A stretch of DNA of 60,303 bases, filler included. It is 3 parts of 3 records of this genome, joined end to end, with 100 filler letters (N's around TTAATTAATTAA, not from the genome) between each part and the next. Parts side by side here need not be neighbours in the genome. Positions count along the whole stretch, not along the records: positions 1 to 22,535 come from DRR723986_2313; 2 more parts are not named here. One strand, 5' to 3'. The notes beneath the pieces are model-generated. The model ran no database searches and was not told the origin of the DNA. It saw only the letters and a list, made by a program, of their open reading frames with translations. The position numbers and the translations under genes are program-made. Shown here piece by piece: positions 9,488 to 19,426 of this stretch; position 1 is the first letter of the stretch, and each line of letters starts with the position of its first letter.

Positions 9488-9934
9488 ATGCGCCGCCCTT
9501 CGGACATGCTGCCCATCGGTCGAATTGCCGAAAGGACCGGCATGGCCGTGTCCGCCATCCGCTATTACGAAACCGAAGGGCTGGTGCATCCGATCCGTAC
9601 CGCCGCAGGCCAGCGCCAGTTTCGACGGTCGGATATCCGGCGGCTCAGCTTCGTGAAGATCGCGCAGGAGCTGGGGTTTTCCCTGAACGAGATCCGCGCG
9701 GAAATGGCAAAGCTGCCCGAAGGGCGCACGCCCACCAAAGCCGATTGGGAAAAAATCAGCCGCCGGTTTCGCGAGGTGCTGGACGAACGCATCGACCGGC
9801 TGCAACGCACGCGTGACAAGCTGGATGGCTGTATCGGCTGCGGTTGTCTGAGCCTGAAAAGCTGCGCGCTATATAATCCCGATGACGAAAAGGGCGCACG
9901 CGGGTCTGGCCCGCGCAACATCATCGACGCTTAG
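9488..9934 (+). CDS. soxR: Redox-sensitive transcriptional activator SoxR
   Basis: MerR HTH 'IGRIAERTGMAVSAIRYYE'; [2Fe-2S] motif 'CIGCGCLSLKSC'. Confidence 0.95.
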   Translation: MRRPSDMLPIGRIAERTGMAVSAIRYYETEGLVHPIRTAAGQRQFRRSDIRRLSFVKIAQELGFSLNEIRAEMAKLPEGRTPTKADWEKISRRFREVLDERIDRLQRTRDKLDGCIGCGCLSLKSCALYNPDDEKGARGSGPRNIIDA

Positions 9935-10482
9935 CGAAAGGCCGGTCCGTGGCACCAGATGGTCAGCGAGCGGCGTTCACCTTCTGTGACCGGCGTGACC
10001 CGGTGCAGAACGAACGACGGGAACAGCGTCGCGGCCCCTTGCCCAGTATCGGCGGTGACGGTGCCCGCACCTGGCATCAGTTCCAGCCGCCCGCCCACAT
10101 AGGCAGAGGGCTCTGACAATTGCACCACCATCGTCAGCTTGCGTTTCGCAGCCAACCGCCCGTCGCCGATATCCGAATGCCAGTCGAAATGCCCCTGCCG
10201 GTCCGCACCATACCGGGCGACCTGCGCGGATTCGGCGAAATCGGTCAGGTCATAGCCATAAACCGCACGATTGGCCTCGCGCACCAGGGCGATGATCTTG
10301 TCCATCACCCAATCGCTGCCCTCGACCTCATCCAGCCAGACAAGATCCGCCCGGCGCAGGTTGTGATCCGTCGCATTGCGCGTAAGCCCTGCGTCCTGCG
10401 TCGGGGCAGTCCCCGCCAAAGCGACGATGTGGGCGCAATCTTCGGGGGTGAAGGCAGCGGTGGCGGTGTGGATCTGGATCAT
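9931..10482 (-). CDS. 2OG-Fe(II) oxygenase (PKHD-type hydroxylase-like)
   Basis: 'HFDWHSD' HxD, 'RKLTMVVQLS', 'FPSFVLHRVTPVTEGERRSL'. Confidence 0.9.
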   Translation of the reverse strand: MIQIHTATAAFTPEDCAHIVALAGTAPTQDAGLTRNATDHNLRRADLVWLDEVEGSDWVMDKIIALVREANRAVYGYDLTDFAESAQVARYGADRQGHFDWHSDIGDGRLAAKRKLTMVVQLSEPSAYVGGRLELMPGAGTVTADTGQGAATLFPSFVLHRVTPVTEGERRSLTIWCHGPAFR

Positions 10483-10684
10483 TGGGGGCGGCTGTCCGAG
10501 AGGGTGCCCTGCCCCCTTGCATGGCCTACCAAGTTTGTCGCGCGGAAATACGACCGAAGGCGCCGAATGCGACGCAAATCTTGCACGGCCCCGGCGCGCG
10601 GAATGGTCATAACTGGCATGGTGCGACGGAACAGGAACGCCACATGGCAGGGGGCCGCAGCCCCCCACCCTCGGTCATGTTCAG

Positions 10685-10963
10685 TCACTGGCCGGAATCG
10701 TTGACATATTCTTCCAGCAGTTTCTCGTTTCTTGCCGCTTCCAGCCGATTGATCCGGTCCTCTGCCGCCTGATGGTCAAACCGGTATTTGACGAAATTCA
10801 CGAGGCTGAGGGTCAGCAGCAACACGGCGATCCCCCAAAACCCCTTTGTCGACAGCGGCACATCGGTGGACAGGTACAGCGACAGGGCGAGCAGGCCGTA
10901 GGCGGCGGCAATTCCGGCGGCGTTGAACAACTGGATCAGGGCGGTATCAGATTTATGGTTCAT
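10685..10963 (-). CDS. Small two-helix membrane protein (YiaA/YiaB-like)
   Basis: Two TM segments with 'KGFWGIAVLLLTLSLVNFVKYRFD' and a short coiled-coil tail. Confidence 0.7.
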   Translation of the reverse strand: MNHKSDTALIQLFNAAGIAAAYGLLALSLYLSTDVPLSTKGFWGIAVLLLTLSLVNFVKYRFDHQAAEDRINRLEAARNEKLLEEYVNDSGQ

Positions 10964-10994
10964 GTGTTTAGTCCTTTGATTGCGTGAGATGGGA

Positions 10995-11675
10995 TTAGGA
11001 TTTCCGGGTCTTCAGACGTTCGAGAACAGCGGCTCCGGTGACCTTGGTGGCGTCGCCAAAGCCCGCATCCGCCAGACGTTGTTCAACGCCTGAATGGCTA
11101 AGCTCGTCGTTGATTTCCGTAAGGATCTGAGATTTCTCGAACGGATCGTCCCGAGACAGCACACGGTCGATCAGTTCCTGCGCTTCGGTAATGGCGTCAT
11201 CGCCGCTGCCTGCCCGGACCATGCGCATCTGCATATCCTGTTCGCGGCGAACGGCGCGGGCGCTGATGGCCCCCTGCTTCAGATCAATCAGGCGGCGGTG
11301 GCCGGCTTCGACTGACGACCGCAACCGAATGACCTTCGCTTCAAGCTGATCCAGTGTTGCGCAGCGAACGGCCATTTCGTTTTCCATGATCGCCAATGCG
11401 TCGGCCCCTTCTGCGGCCAGCGCGTCCTGTCCTGCGTCAAGCGCTTGCGTAACGCGGCCGGTCAATGTCGCGATGCGTCCGTTCAGGGCATCAACCAGTT
11501 TCCGTTCGCTTCTCTGGCGCTGAATCAGGCTGGCCAAGGTGGATTTGGCGGCCTTCAGGCTGGTCTCGACCTCTTGGATCTTTCGATCAATCAGCTCGAT
11601 CGAAAAGGCATCCCGGATCTGTGTTTCGCCGCGGGTCGATGCGCCGAACAGGATCGTCCTGAATGTAGTGATCAT
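10995..11675 (-). CDS. PspA/IM30 family protein
   Basis: All-helical coiled-coil protein ending 'LADAGFG...AAVLERLK'; RBS GGGAG before MITTF. Confidence 0.8.
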   Translation of the reverse strand: MITTFRTILFGASTRGETQIRDAFSIELIDRKIQEVETSLKAAKSTLASLIQRQRSERKLVDALNGRIATLTGRVTQALDAGQDALAAEGADALAIMENEMAVRCATLDQLEAKVIRLRSSVEAGHRRLIDLKQGAISARAVRREQDMQMRMVRAGSGDDAITEAQELIDRVLSRDDPFEKSQILTEINDELSHSGVEQRLADAGFGDATKVTGAAVLERLKTRKS

Positions 11676-11691
11676 TGCGTTTCTCCCTTCG

Positions 11692-11760
11692 TGAACATTG
11701 TTCATGAATGGGATGTGGGAAATCTTGAACGGTGTTCAAGTATTTTGTGAACGGTGTTCA
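11692..11760. promoter_or_regulatory. Three TGAAC-N3-GTTCA operators upstream of the pspA-like gene
   Basis: Palindromes at 11692-11704, 11726-11738 and 11748-11760; a sigma32-like CTTGAA-N15-CCCACAT on the minus strand (11740-11713) overlaps the middle one. Confidence 0.8.
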
Positions 11761-11765
11761 GGGAT

Positions 11766-12365
11766 TTAGTTATGTGACGTTACGTTACGAAGCAAAAGCG
11801 CAATCATGTCGTCCAGCCGCTCGCGCGGCACGCCGGAAATCCGGGTTTCCAGCCCCAGCAACACGATGCCATGGACGGATGAAAACAATGTCCGTGTCAG
11901 CAGGTCGATCTCGGCATCGTCGGCCTTGGGGAAGAGTTCTTGCAGCGGGGCCGAGATAAAGCCGAAGAGCCGGCCAAGTTCCTTCAGATACCACTCCGGC
12001 ACCGGGGCATCCGCCGACATTTTCAGATCAAACAGGCTGCGCCACAGATTTGGGTGATCAGAGGCGAATTTCAGATAGGCCTGCGACATGGCAATCAACT
12101 GGTCGGTCGGCGTCGCCCCCTGCCCGTCCGCGATGCTGGACGCAACCACCAGCCCAAGTCGCTGAAAGGTACGCCCGTTGACCGCAATGACGATATCCTC
12201 AAGTTCATCGAACACATTATAGATCGCCCCGACAGCGCATTCCGCCTCGCGGGCCAGATCGCGCGCCTTGATGGCCCCCATACCCTCGGCGGCAATCCTG
12301 CGTTCCGCAATGTCGATCAGTCTGCTGCGCAGCTCTTCCCGGCGCTTTTCGACTTTTCCGGCCAT
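11766..12365 (-). CDS. TetR/AcrR family regulator (WHG-type C-terminal domain)
   Basis: HTH '[19 protein letters not shown]'; '[13 protein letters not shown]'. Confidence 0.9.
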   Translation of the reverse strand: MAGKVEKRREELRSRLIDIAERRIAAEGMGAIKARDLAREAECAVGAIYNVFDELEDIVIAVNGRTFQRLGLVVASSIADGQGATPTDQLIAMSQAYLKFASDHPNLWRSLFDLKMSADAPVPEWYLKELGRLFGFISAPLQELFPKADDAEIDLLTRTLFSSVHGIVLLGLETRISGVPRERLDDMIALLLRNVTSHN

Positions 12366-12377
12366 GTGAACCCCATT

Positions 12378-12390
12378 TGAACGGCGTTCA
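12378..12390. promoter_or_regulatory. Fourth TGAAC-N3-GTTCA operator (TetR autoregulation)
   Basis: TGAACGGCGTTCA 12 bp upstream of the TetR start codon. Confidence 0.8.
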
Positions 12391-12432
12391 CTTCCTTAGA
12401 CCATCACCTAGCAAAGAGAAAGCAGCCCATCC

Positions 12433-14094
12433 CTATTCGCCTGTATCGCGCCAGCGGTTCACGATTGGATAGCGCCGGTCGAGCCAGAAGGCACGTTCGG
12501 TGAGGCGGGCGCCGGGGGCCGACTGAAAGCGCTTGTATTCCGAGATGTAGATCAGGCTTTCGACCTTCTTGACCGTTTCACGCTCATAACCCATGGCGAC
12601 GACATCGGCGACGGATGCCTCCTTGTCGATCAGCATTTCAAGGATCACGTCCAGCACCTCATAGGGTGGCAGGCTGTCGTCGTCCCTCTGATCCTCGCGC
12701 AGTTCGGCAGTGGGCGGTTTGTCGATAACGCGGGGCGGAATGACCTCGCCCGCCGGGGCCAGCATCCAAGGTCGGTGGTTCAGGTTGCGCCAGCGACAGG
12801 TTTCAAACACGCGGGTTTTATACATGTCCTTGATCGGGTTATAGCCGCCCGCCATGTCGCCATAGATCGTGGCATAGCCCACGGCGACCTCGGATTTGTT
12901 GCCGGTGGTGAGCAGCATTTCCCCGAACTTGTTCGACAACGCCATCAGGATCACGCCGCGCAGGCGCGATTGGATGTTTTCTTCGGTCAGATCGGGTTTG
13001 GTGCCGGCAAATAGATCAGCCAGCGCCTCGGTCATCGCGGCGCGGGGGCCGGAGATCGGAACAGTGTCCAGCCGCGTCCCAAGCGCATGGGCAACCGCGG
13101 CGGCATCTTCGAGCGACTCCTGCGACGTGTATTCAGAGGGCATCATCACGCAGCGGACATTGTCAGACCCCAAAGCGTCGGCCGCGATGGTCGCGACAAT
13201 GGCGGAATCGATGCCGCCCGACAGCCCAAGCAGCACCTTCCTGAAACCGGTCTTGCCCAGATAATCACGCACTGATTCGATCATGCAGCGGTAATCGGCT
13301 TCCCATTCATCGGGCAGATGCGCCTTCTGGCCTTCCACCGCGCGCCATCCGTCCGGTGTCCGGGTGAAATCCACATGGGTCAGCGTTTCATCATAAAACG
13401 GCATCTGAACGGCAAGCCCGCCGCCGGGGTTCAGTACGAAGCTGGCCCCATCGAACACCTGATCGTCCTGCGCACCAGTGAGGTTGAGATAGGCCAGCGG
13501 CAGGCCAGTCTCGATCACGCGGGCCACGGTCACCGCCTGCCGGATATTCATCTTGCCGCGATGATAGGGTGAACCATTTGGCGAAATCAGGATCTCGGCG
13601 CCGGTTTCCTCCAGCGTTTCGCAGACATCCTCGAACCAGCAATCCTCGCAAATGGGGAAGCCGATGCGAACCGGGCCGATCTGCACCGGGCCCTGCATGT
13701 CGCCCGCATGGTAGTACCGCTTTTCATCGAAAACGTTGTAGTTGGGCAGGTGATGTTTCAGCACCGTCGCCTGCACCTTGCCGCCGTGCAGGATGAAATA
13801 GGCGTTGAAGGGCTTGTCACCACCGGGCCACGGCCCCCCGATTCCGATCGCCGGGCCATCGGCGCAATCGGCGGCCAGTTTCTCGACCACCCGCGCCACA
13901 TCCGCGGCAAAGGCGGGTTTCCGCACCAGATCCTGCAACTGGTAGCCGGTCACGAACATCTCGGGGAAGACAATCAGGTCTGCCCCTGCGGTTTTCGCCT
14001 CTGCCCATGCCTCGCGGGCCTTTGCGGCATTGGCCTCCAGCGCGCCGACGGTGGCGTTCAACTGCGCAAGCGTTACTCGGAAAGTGTCGGACAT
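12433..14094 (-). CDS. nadE: Glutamine-dependent NAD+ synthetase
   Basis: Nitrilase-like domain ('FPEM', 'KHHLPNYNVFDEKRY', 'ICED') plus synthetase domain ('GLSGGIDS', 'ENIQSR', 'TGNKSE'). Confidence 0.97.
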   Translation of the reverse strand: MSDTFRVTLAQLNATVGALEANAAKAREAWAEAKTAGADLIVFPEMFVTGYQLQDLVRKPAFAADVARVVEKLAADCADGPAIGIGGPWPGGDKPFNAYFILHGGKVQATVLKHHLPNYNVFDEKRYYHAGDMQGPVQIGPVRIGFPICEDCWFEDVCETLEETGAEILISPNGSPYHRGKMNIRQAVTVARVIETGLPLAYLNLTGAQDDQVFDGASFVLNPGGGLAVQMPFYDETLTHVDFTRTPDGWRAVEGQKAHLPDEWEADYRCMIESVRDYLGKTGFRKVLLGLSGGIDSAIVATIAADALGSDNVRCVMMPSEYTSQESLEDAAAVAHALGTRLDTVPISGPRAAMTEALADLFAGTKPDLTEENIQSRLRGVILMALSNKFGEMLLTTGNKSEVAVGYATIYGDMAGGYNPIKDMYKTRVFETCRWRNLNHRPWMLAPAGEVIPPRVIDKPPTAELREDQRDDDSLPPYEVLDVILEMLIDKEASVADVVAMGYERETVKKVESLIYISEYKRFQSAPGARLTERAFWLDRRYPIVNRWRDTGE

Positions 14095-14241
14095 GGGGCC
14101 TCGCCTCGGGTCGTTATCAAGCCGCCTTTTAGCAGATCACCGCCCGCCGCCAAGCCACCCGGGTCAAAAGACATTGCGAGGTTAATCCCCCTCCACTAGG
14201 TTTACCGACGACACGGGCAACGAAAACCTCAAAGGGGGCAC

Positions 14242-15783
14242 ATGGTGGGCCAAGCAGGTAAGGGCTTCCTACACCGCGTTTTCATGGCAGGCAGCACCGC
14301 GCTGTTGCTGTCGGGTGCCGCTTGGGCGCAGGACAGCGGCGAGGTCGAGATCCACATGTATGAAGGTGGCGGGATCTACGAGGGCACGTTCCGCAATGGT
14401 GTCCAGCACGGCACAGGCACCTATCGCCTGCCCAATGGCTACGAATATACCGGCGCGTGGGTCGATGGCGAGATTCGTGGCCAGGGCCGCGCGGTTTTCC
14501 CCGATGGCTCGATCTATGAAGGTGCCTTTGCCGAGGGCAGGCCGCAGGGTTTCGGCTCGATCACCTTCGCCGACGGATCAACCTATGAGGGCGAATGGTC
14601 CGAGGGCCGCATCAACGGTCAGGGCGTCGCGCTCTATGCCAATGGCGTCCGCTATGAAGGCGGCTTCCGCAATGCGCTGCACCACGGCACCGGCACGATG
14701 GATAGCCCCAATGGCTATCGCTACGAAGGCCAATGGGTCAACGGGCTGAAACAGGGCGCGGGCCGCATCACCTACCCCGATGGCGCGATTTATGTCGGCA
14801 ATTTCGAGAATGGCCAGCGTCAGGGGCAAGGCCGTTTGGAAATGCCCGATGGGGTCATCTATGAAGGCCAATGGCAGGCCGGGCAGATCAATGGAACCGG
14901 AACCCTGACGCAGCCCAATGGCGATGTCTATGAAGGCCAGTTGGTCAACGGCCAGCGGCAGGGCGCGGGCGTGGTACGCTACGCCAATGGCGACCGCTAC
15001 GAAGGCGCCTTCGCAAATGACCGCCGCCATGGGCAGGGCGAATTTCGGGGGGCAGACGGCTATCTCTATGTCGGTCAGTGGATCGACGGCCAGATCGCCG
15101 GTCAGGGCCGCGTAACCTACCCCGACGGATCGGTCTACGAAGGTGCGTTCCGCAATGATCTGGCGCATGGGCGCGGGATGATCACCTATGCCGACGAATC
15201 GACCTATGACGGGGAATGGGTCGAGGGCGTCATTCAGGGCTTTGGAGTTGCGCGCTATGCCAACGGGCTGGTGTATGAGGGCCAGTTCCTGAACGCCCGC
15301 CAGCACGGGCAGGGCGTCATGACCTACACCGACGGCTACCGCTATGAAGGCGCTTGGGCCGACGGTCTGCGTCACGGGCAGGGGATTGCCACCTATGCCG
15401 ATGGCACGGTCTACGAGGGCGGTTTCGTCGCGGGCCAACGCGAAGGCGAAGGCACCCTCACGATGCCCGATGGCTTCACCTATACCGGCGAATGGCAGGG
15501 CGGAGAGATCAACGGCACCGGCCGTGCCACCTATGCCAATGGCGATGTCTATCAGGGCCGTTTCGTGAACGGCACGCGCCAGGGCGCGGGCACGATGACC
15601 TATGCCGCGACCGAAGATCAGGACGCGCGCGTGGTTCAGGGCATGTGGGAAGAGGGCCGCCTTGTGGTCAATGCCGATGCCGATGCGGATGCAACCGCCG
15701 AGGACACTGCGCCAGAAGACGAGGCAACGCCAGAGCCTCCGACTGAGGCAACCGGCGACGGGGAGCAGCCCCCAGTCGAGTGA
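14242..15783 (+). CDS. Secreted MORN-repeat protein (18 repeats) with acidic tail
   Basis: Signal peptide ending AWA; 23-aa repeats YeGxF/WxxGxxxGxG. Confidence 0.9.
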   Translation: MVGQAGKGFLHRVFMAGSTALLLSGAAWAQDSGEVEIHMYEGGGIYEGTFRNGVQHGTGTYRLPNGYEYTGAWVDGEIRGQGRAVFPDGSIYEGAFAEGRPQGFGSITFADGSTYEGEWSEGRINGQGVALYANGVRYEGGFRNALHHGTGTMDSPNGYRYEGQWVNGLKQGAGRITYPDGAIYVGNFENGQRQGQGRLEMPDGVIYEGQWQAGQINGTGTLTQPNGDVYEGQLVNGQRQGAGVVRYANGDRYEGAFANDRRHGQGEFRGADGYLYVGQWIDGQIAGQGRVTYPDGSVYEGAFRNDLAHGRGMITYADESTYDGEWVEGVIQGFGVARYANGLVYEGQFLNARQHGQGVMTYTDGYRYEGAWADGLRHGQGIATYADGTVYEGGFVAGQREGEGTLTMPDGFTYTGEWQGGEINGTGRATYANGDVYQGRFVNGTRQGAGTMTYAATEDQDARVVQGMWEEGRLVVNADADADATAEDTAPEDEATPEPPTEATGDGEQPPVE

Positions 15784-15809
15784 CGAGATCCGGGCCAGCG
15801 CCTGTCCCC

Positions 15810-17339
15810 TCAGACCGGCTCGCCTGCGTCCAGCCTTGACAACACAGCCTCCGCATCGCGGAGAATCTCGGATTGCCGGGATGCGTCCAGTCGGTCCCAT
15901 GTGCGATACATCTGCGCCATTCGTGGGTTCTCGGCGAAGCGGTCCCTGTGACGGCTCAGGAAATGCCAGTACAGCAGGTTGAACGGGCAGGCATCAGGGC
16001 CGGTCTTGACCTTCACACCATAGGTGCAGGTCTTGCAATAATCCGACATCTTCGAAATGTAATTGCCGGACGAAACATAGGGCTTCGACCCCACGACCCC
16101 ACCATCGGCAAACTGGCTCATCCCCACGGTGTTCGGTGCCTCGACCCATTCATAGGCATCCGCATAAACGGCCAGATACCATTCATGGACCTCGGCAGGA
16201 TCAATCCCCGCCAGCAGCGCGAAATTACCTGTCACCATCAGCCTTTGAATGTGATGGGCATAGGCTTCGCGCCGCGTGACGCCGACCGCCTCTTTCATGC
16301 AACGCATCCGTGTCTTTGCCCCCCAGAAGACCGGCGGCAAAGTGCGGGAATGACCCAGGGCGTTGCGCTGCGCGTATCCCGGCCCCTCGTGAAAATAGAT
16401 GCCGCGCACGAATTCGCGCCAGCCGATAATCTGCCGGATGAACCCCTCGGCCGCATTCAGCGGCGCGTCACCCGCCCGGTAGGCCGCTTCCGCCCGGCGG
16501 CAGACCTCCAGCGGATCCAGAAGCCCGGCATTGATGTAGACCGACAGGACCGCGTGAAAGAGGAAGTCCTGCCCGGTTACCATCGCATCCTGATAGTCAC
16601 CGAACCAAGGCAGGGCGTGTGTGATGAAATGGTCCAGCGCCTGATCCGCCTGTTCGGGATCGGTGGCAAACCAGAACGGCCGAAAATCCCCGAAATGGTG
16701 GTCGAACCGCGACTCGACAAGGTGCAGAACCTCCTCTGTCACCCGGTCGGGCTCGAACCGGGGCGGCATCGGTCCAGCCAGCCCCTTGGGCGGCCCCTTG
16801 CGATTGTCACGATCGAAATTCCACTGCCCGCCCTCGGGCTGGTCCCCGTCCATCAGCAGACCGGTCTTGCGCCGCATCTGGCGGTAGAAAAACTCCATCC
16901 GCAACGCCTTTCGACCCTCGGCCCATGCGTTGAACTCTGCATGAGGGCAGAGGAAACGGTCATCCTCCAACAGGTGGACATTCAGGGGATGGCCCCTCAG
17001 CGCCTCGATCAGCCGCAATTCGCCCGGTTCCGTGGCCAGCACATCTGACGCGCCGAATTCTTCTGCCCGGCGCAGCAACTCTGCCTCGATCGACCCCGCA
17101 TTTTCGGGATCATCCAGCCGCGTATAGGTGACGCGCCAGCCCTGCGATTGCAGGCGCAAAGCAAATTTGCGCATGGCTGTAAACAAGAAGGCAATTTTCT
17201 TGGGATGGTGCGGCACGTACCCGGTTTCGGCGGCAACCTCGGCCATCACCACCACATCCCGCGCCTTGTCGGCGGCCTTCAACGCGGCCATGGTCGGCGT
17301 CAGCTGATCCCCCAGAACCAGCACCAGACGGGGCCTCAC
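15810..17339 (-). CDS. Cryptochrome/photolyase, CryB/PhrB (FeS-BCP) type
   Basis: 'LVLVLGDQL', 'HHPKKI', 'AHHIQRLM', 'KPYVSSGNYI..MSDYCKTC...ACPFN' Fe-S cysteines; GTGA overlap with the SDR stop. Confidence 0.92.
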   Translation of the reverse strand: MRPRLVLVLGDQLTPTMAALKAADKARDVVVMAEVAAETGYVPHHPKKIAFLFTAMRKFALRLQSQGWRVTYTRLDDPENAGSIEAELLRRAEEFGASDVLATEPGELRLIEALRGHPLNVHLLEDDRFLCPHAEFNAWAEGRKALRMEFFYRQMRRKTGLLMDGDQPEGGQWNFDRDNRKGPPKGLAGPMPPRFEPDRVTEEVLHLVESRFDHHFGDFRPFWFATDPEQADQALDHFITHALPWFGDYQDAMVTGQDFLFHAVLSVYINAGLLDPLEVCRRAEAAYRAGDAPLNAAEGFIRQIIGWREFVRGIYFHEGPGYAQRNALGHSRTLPPVFWGAKTRMRCMKEAVGVTRREAYAHHIQRLMVTGNFALLAGIDPAEVHEWYLAVYADAYEWVEAPNTVGMSQFADGGVVGSKPYVSSGNYISKMSDYCKTCTYGVKVKTGPDACPFNLLYWHFLSRHRDRFAENPRMAQMYRTWDRLDASRQSEILRDAEAVLSRLDAGEPV

Positions 17340-18004
17340 CACGGCACCGGCCTTCCGGCCCAATCGAAGAACCGGCCACTGTCGTCAGGCGAAAGGCCGT
17401 CGATCACCCGCAGCAGGTTCTGCGCCGCTTCGTCCGGCGTCACCGATCCGTGGCGCGCCAGATAAGGGCCGGTCAGTCCGGTCTGCACCGTTCCCGGATG
17501 CAGCGACACCAATATGGCCTGCGCGCGCAGCCGCCCGTATTCAATGGCCGATGTCCGCAGGATCTGGTTCACCGCCGCCTTGGCCGCACGATAGCTGATC
17601 CAGCCGCCAAGCCGGTTGTCCCCGATAGACCCCACCCGCGCCGACAGAACCGCCACCACCGACCGCCGGTCGCGCGGCACGAGCGGCAGGGCATGTTTCA
17701 GTACAAGCGCCGGGCCGATGGCATTCAGCGCGAACTGCGCGGCCATGTCGACCGGGTCCAACGTGCGGATGGTCTTTTCCGGCCCGGCCTCGCCGATCTG
17801 CAATGCGCCCGTTGCCACCACGATCCGATCAAAAGTGCCCTCCAACCCACCAAGAACCCGCGCAACGCTGTCCTCATCGGTCAGATCCAGCCCGTCCACG
17901 CTCCGCGACAGGCGCACAACGTCGCCCCGCGCCTCATGCGCCTCTGCCAGTGCCGCGCCGATCCCGCCCGACGCCCCGATGAGGAGAGTTCTGTCCTGTG
18001 TCAT
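17336..18004 (-). CDS. Short-chain dehydrogenase (CsgA/C-factor-like)
   Basis: 'GASGGIG', 'SARVGSIGDNRLGGWISYRAAKAA', 'LHPGTV'. Confidence 0.9.
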   Translation of the reverse strand: MTQDRTLLIGASGGIGAALAEAHEARGDVVRLSRSVDGLDLTDEDSVARVLGGLEGTFDRIVVATGALQIGEAGPEKTIRTLDPVDMAAQFALNAIGPALVLKHALPLVPRDRRSVVAVLSARVGSIGDNRLGGWISYRAAKAAVNQILRTSAIEYGRLRAQAILVSLHPGTVQTGLTGPYLARHGSVTPDEAAQNLLRVIDGLSPDDSGRFFDWAGRPVPW

Positions 18005-18086
18005 GGCACAGCACCTAATGCGCTCGCAGCTCTGGTCAAACTCGCATCAGTTTCGCATTCTGGCCCGGACGCACTAGGACCGAGAC

Positions 18087-18881
18087 ATGACCAAACCCAT
18101 CATCTACCACATCCCCGTCTGCCCCTTTTCGCAGCGCATCGAAATATTGCTGGAACTGAAGGGCCTGCGCGACGCGGTGGAATTTCGCGTGGTCGACATC
18201 ACCCGGCCCCGCGACCCCGCGCTACTGGCAAAGACACGCGGCACCACCGCGCTACCGGTTCTGGAAACCGAGGACGGGCGCATCCTGAAGGAAAGCCTCG
18301 TCATCATGCGCTATGTGGAGGAACGGTTCTCGGGCACGCCCGTTGCACGCACCGACCCCTATGACCGCGCCATCGAACGGATGATGATCACCCGCGAAGG
18401 CCCCTTCACCATGACCGGCTACATGATGGTGATGAACCGCGACCGGGCGAAGACCGAGGATTTCAGGGCAAAGATGCTGGATCACTACGCGTGGCTGTCG
18501 GATTTCCTCGACCACCACAATCCCGGCGGGCTGTGGCTGTTCGACGATTTCGGGCTGGCCGAGCTGGTGTTCACCCCGATGATCATGCGCTTCTGGTTTC
18601 TCGACTATTACGAGGGCTTCGAGATCCCCGACGAACCGCGCTTCGCACGCGTGCGCCGCTGGCGCGACGCCTGCTTGACCCGCCCCGCCGCGCAGCAGGT
18701 GTGCTACGACGAGATCGTAAAGCTTTACTACGACTACGCCATCGGCACCGGGAACGGCGCGCTGCCCGAGGGTCGGCAGGTATCGAGCTTCACCTTCACG
18801 CCCGACTGGCCGGACCGCCCAATGCCCCCCAAGGACAAATACGACCGCATCGCAACGGACGCAGAGCTTGGTCTGGCCTGA
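18087..18881 (+). CDS. Glutathione S-transferase family protein
   Basis: 'CPFSQR', 'ALPVLE', 'ESLVIMRYVEE'. Confidence 0.9.
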   Translation: MTKPIIYHIPVCPFSQRIEILLELKGLRDAVEFRVVDITRPRDPALLAKTRGTTALPVLETEDGRILKESLVIMRYVEERFSGTPVARTDPYDRAIERMMITREGPFTMTGYMMVMNRDRAKTEDFRAKMLDHYAWLSDFLDHHNPGGLWLFDDFGLAELVFTPMIMRFWFLDYYEGFEIPDEPRFARVRRWRDACLTRPAAQQVCYDEIVKLYYDYAIGTGNGALPEGRQVSSFTFTPDWPDRPMPPKDKYDRIATDAELGLA

Positions 18882-19111
18882 AGGGGCAGGCCGTCTGAGG
18901 GTTTTGGCGTTCGCCCCATCATCTGCCCCGAATGAAAGCGTCCGCGCGTGCGGAGAAGGTCGGCTAGGAGCCCTGATTGCTTTCATGACTGGCGATAGCC
19001 GTTTACTGCTGAGGTGCCCCGTGGGAATACTTTGACACTTAGACCTGAGCGGCGTCTATTGAGGCAGCCAGTCGACCCAATTTCAAGGCACCAACAAGTT
19101 TGGAGATTTCC

Positions 19112-19146
19112 ATGACACTAAACGTTATTGGAGCTGGATTGGGCGG
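19112..19146 (+). pseudogene. 5' stub of a sulfotransferase-family gene
   Basis: TTGACA promoter-like element (19032), RBS GGAG and MTLNVIGAGLG, resembling the 'MxLKVIGAGxGRTGT' start; homology ends at the repeat element at 19141. Confidence 0.5.
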
Positions 19147-19202
19147 GAAGCGGTCATTCGCTGCGGGAGCGGAGTCGGACGGTTCGCTCCGCTTAAGCGG
19201 AC

Positions 19203-19409
19203 ATTACCAACTTTATCAAGAAAGCATCTCGGCTTTATGAGCAAAAGCGCAGCAGGGTTTTAGCCGATGCTGCGCTTGAGATGTACGTCAAGAGATGGGC
19301 ACGATGGGCGCAAAGTGGGTTAGAGGTCCAAAATGCCGCTTGGGCAATGGTGTTTACCGAAAGAAAATCCAATTCCCTGCGATCTGAGACCATCAATAAA
19401 AAAGCCTGA
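19203..19409 (+). pseudogene. C-terminal remnant of a bacterial reverse transcriptase
   Basis: Frame without a 5' start reads ITNFIKKASRLYEQKRSRVLADAALEMYVKRWARWAQSGL...TGA; this matches my recollection of the 'TIxNFxxKAxRLYEQ...LxxYVxRWxRW' tail of a group-II-like RT family; in-frame TAA at 19194. Confidence 0.7.
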
Positions 19410-19426
19410 CATGCTGGGATAGGCTG
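19397..19426 (-). terminator. Possible terminator between the RT remnant and the convergent gene
   Basis: Minus strand AGCCT-13 nt-AGGCT then TTTTT directly after the stop at 19427. Confidence 0.45.
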
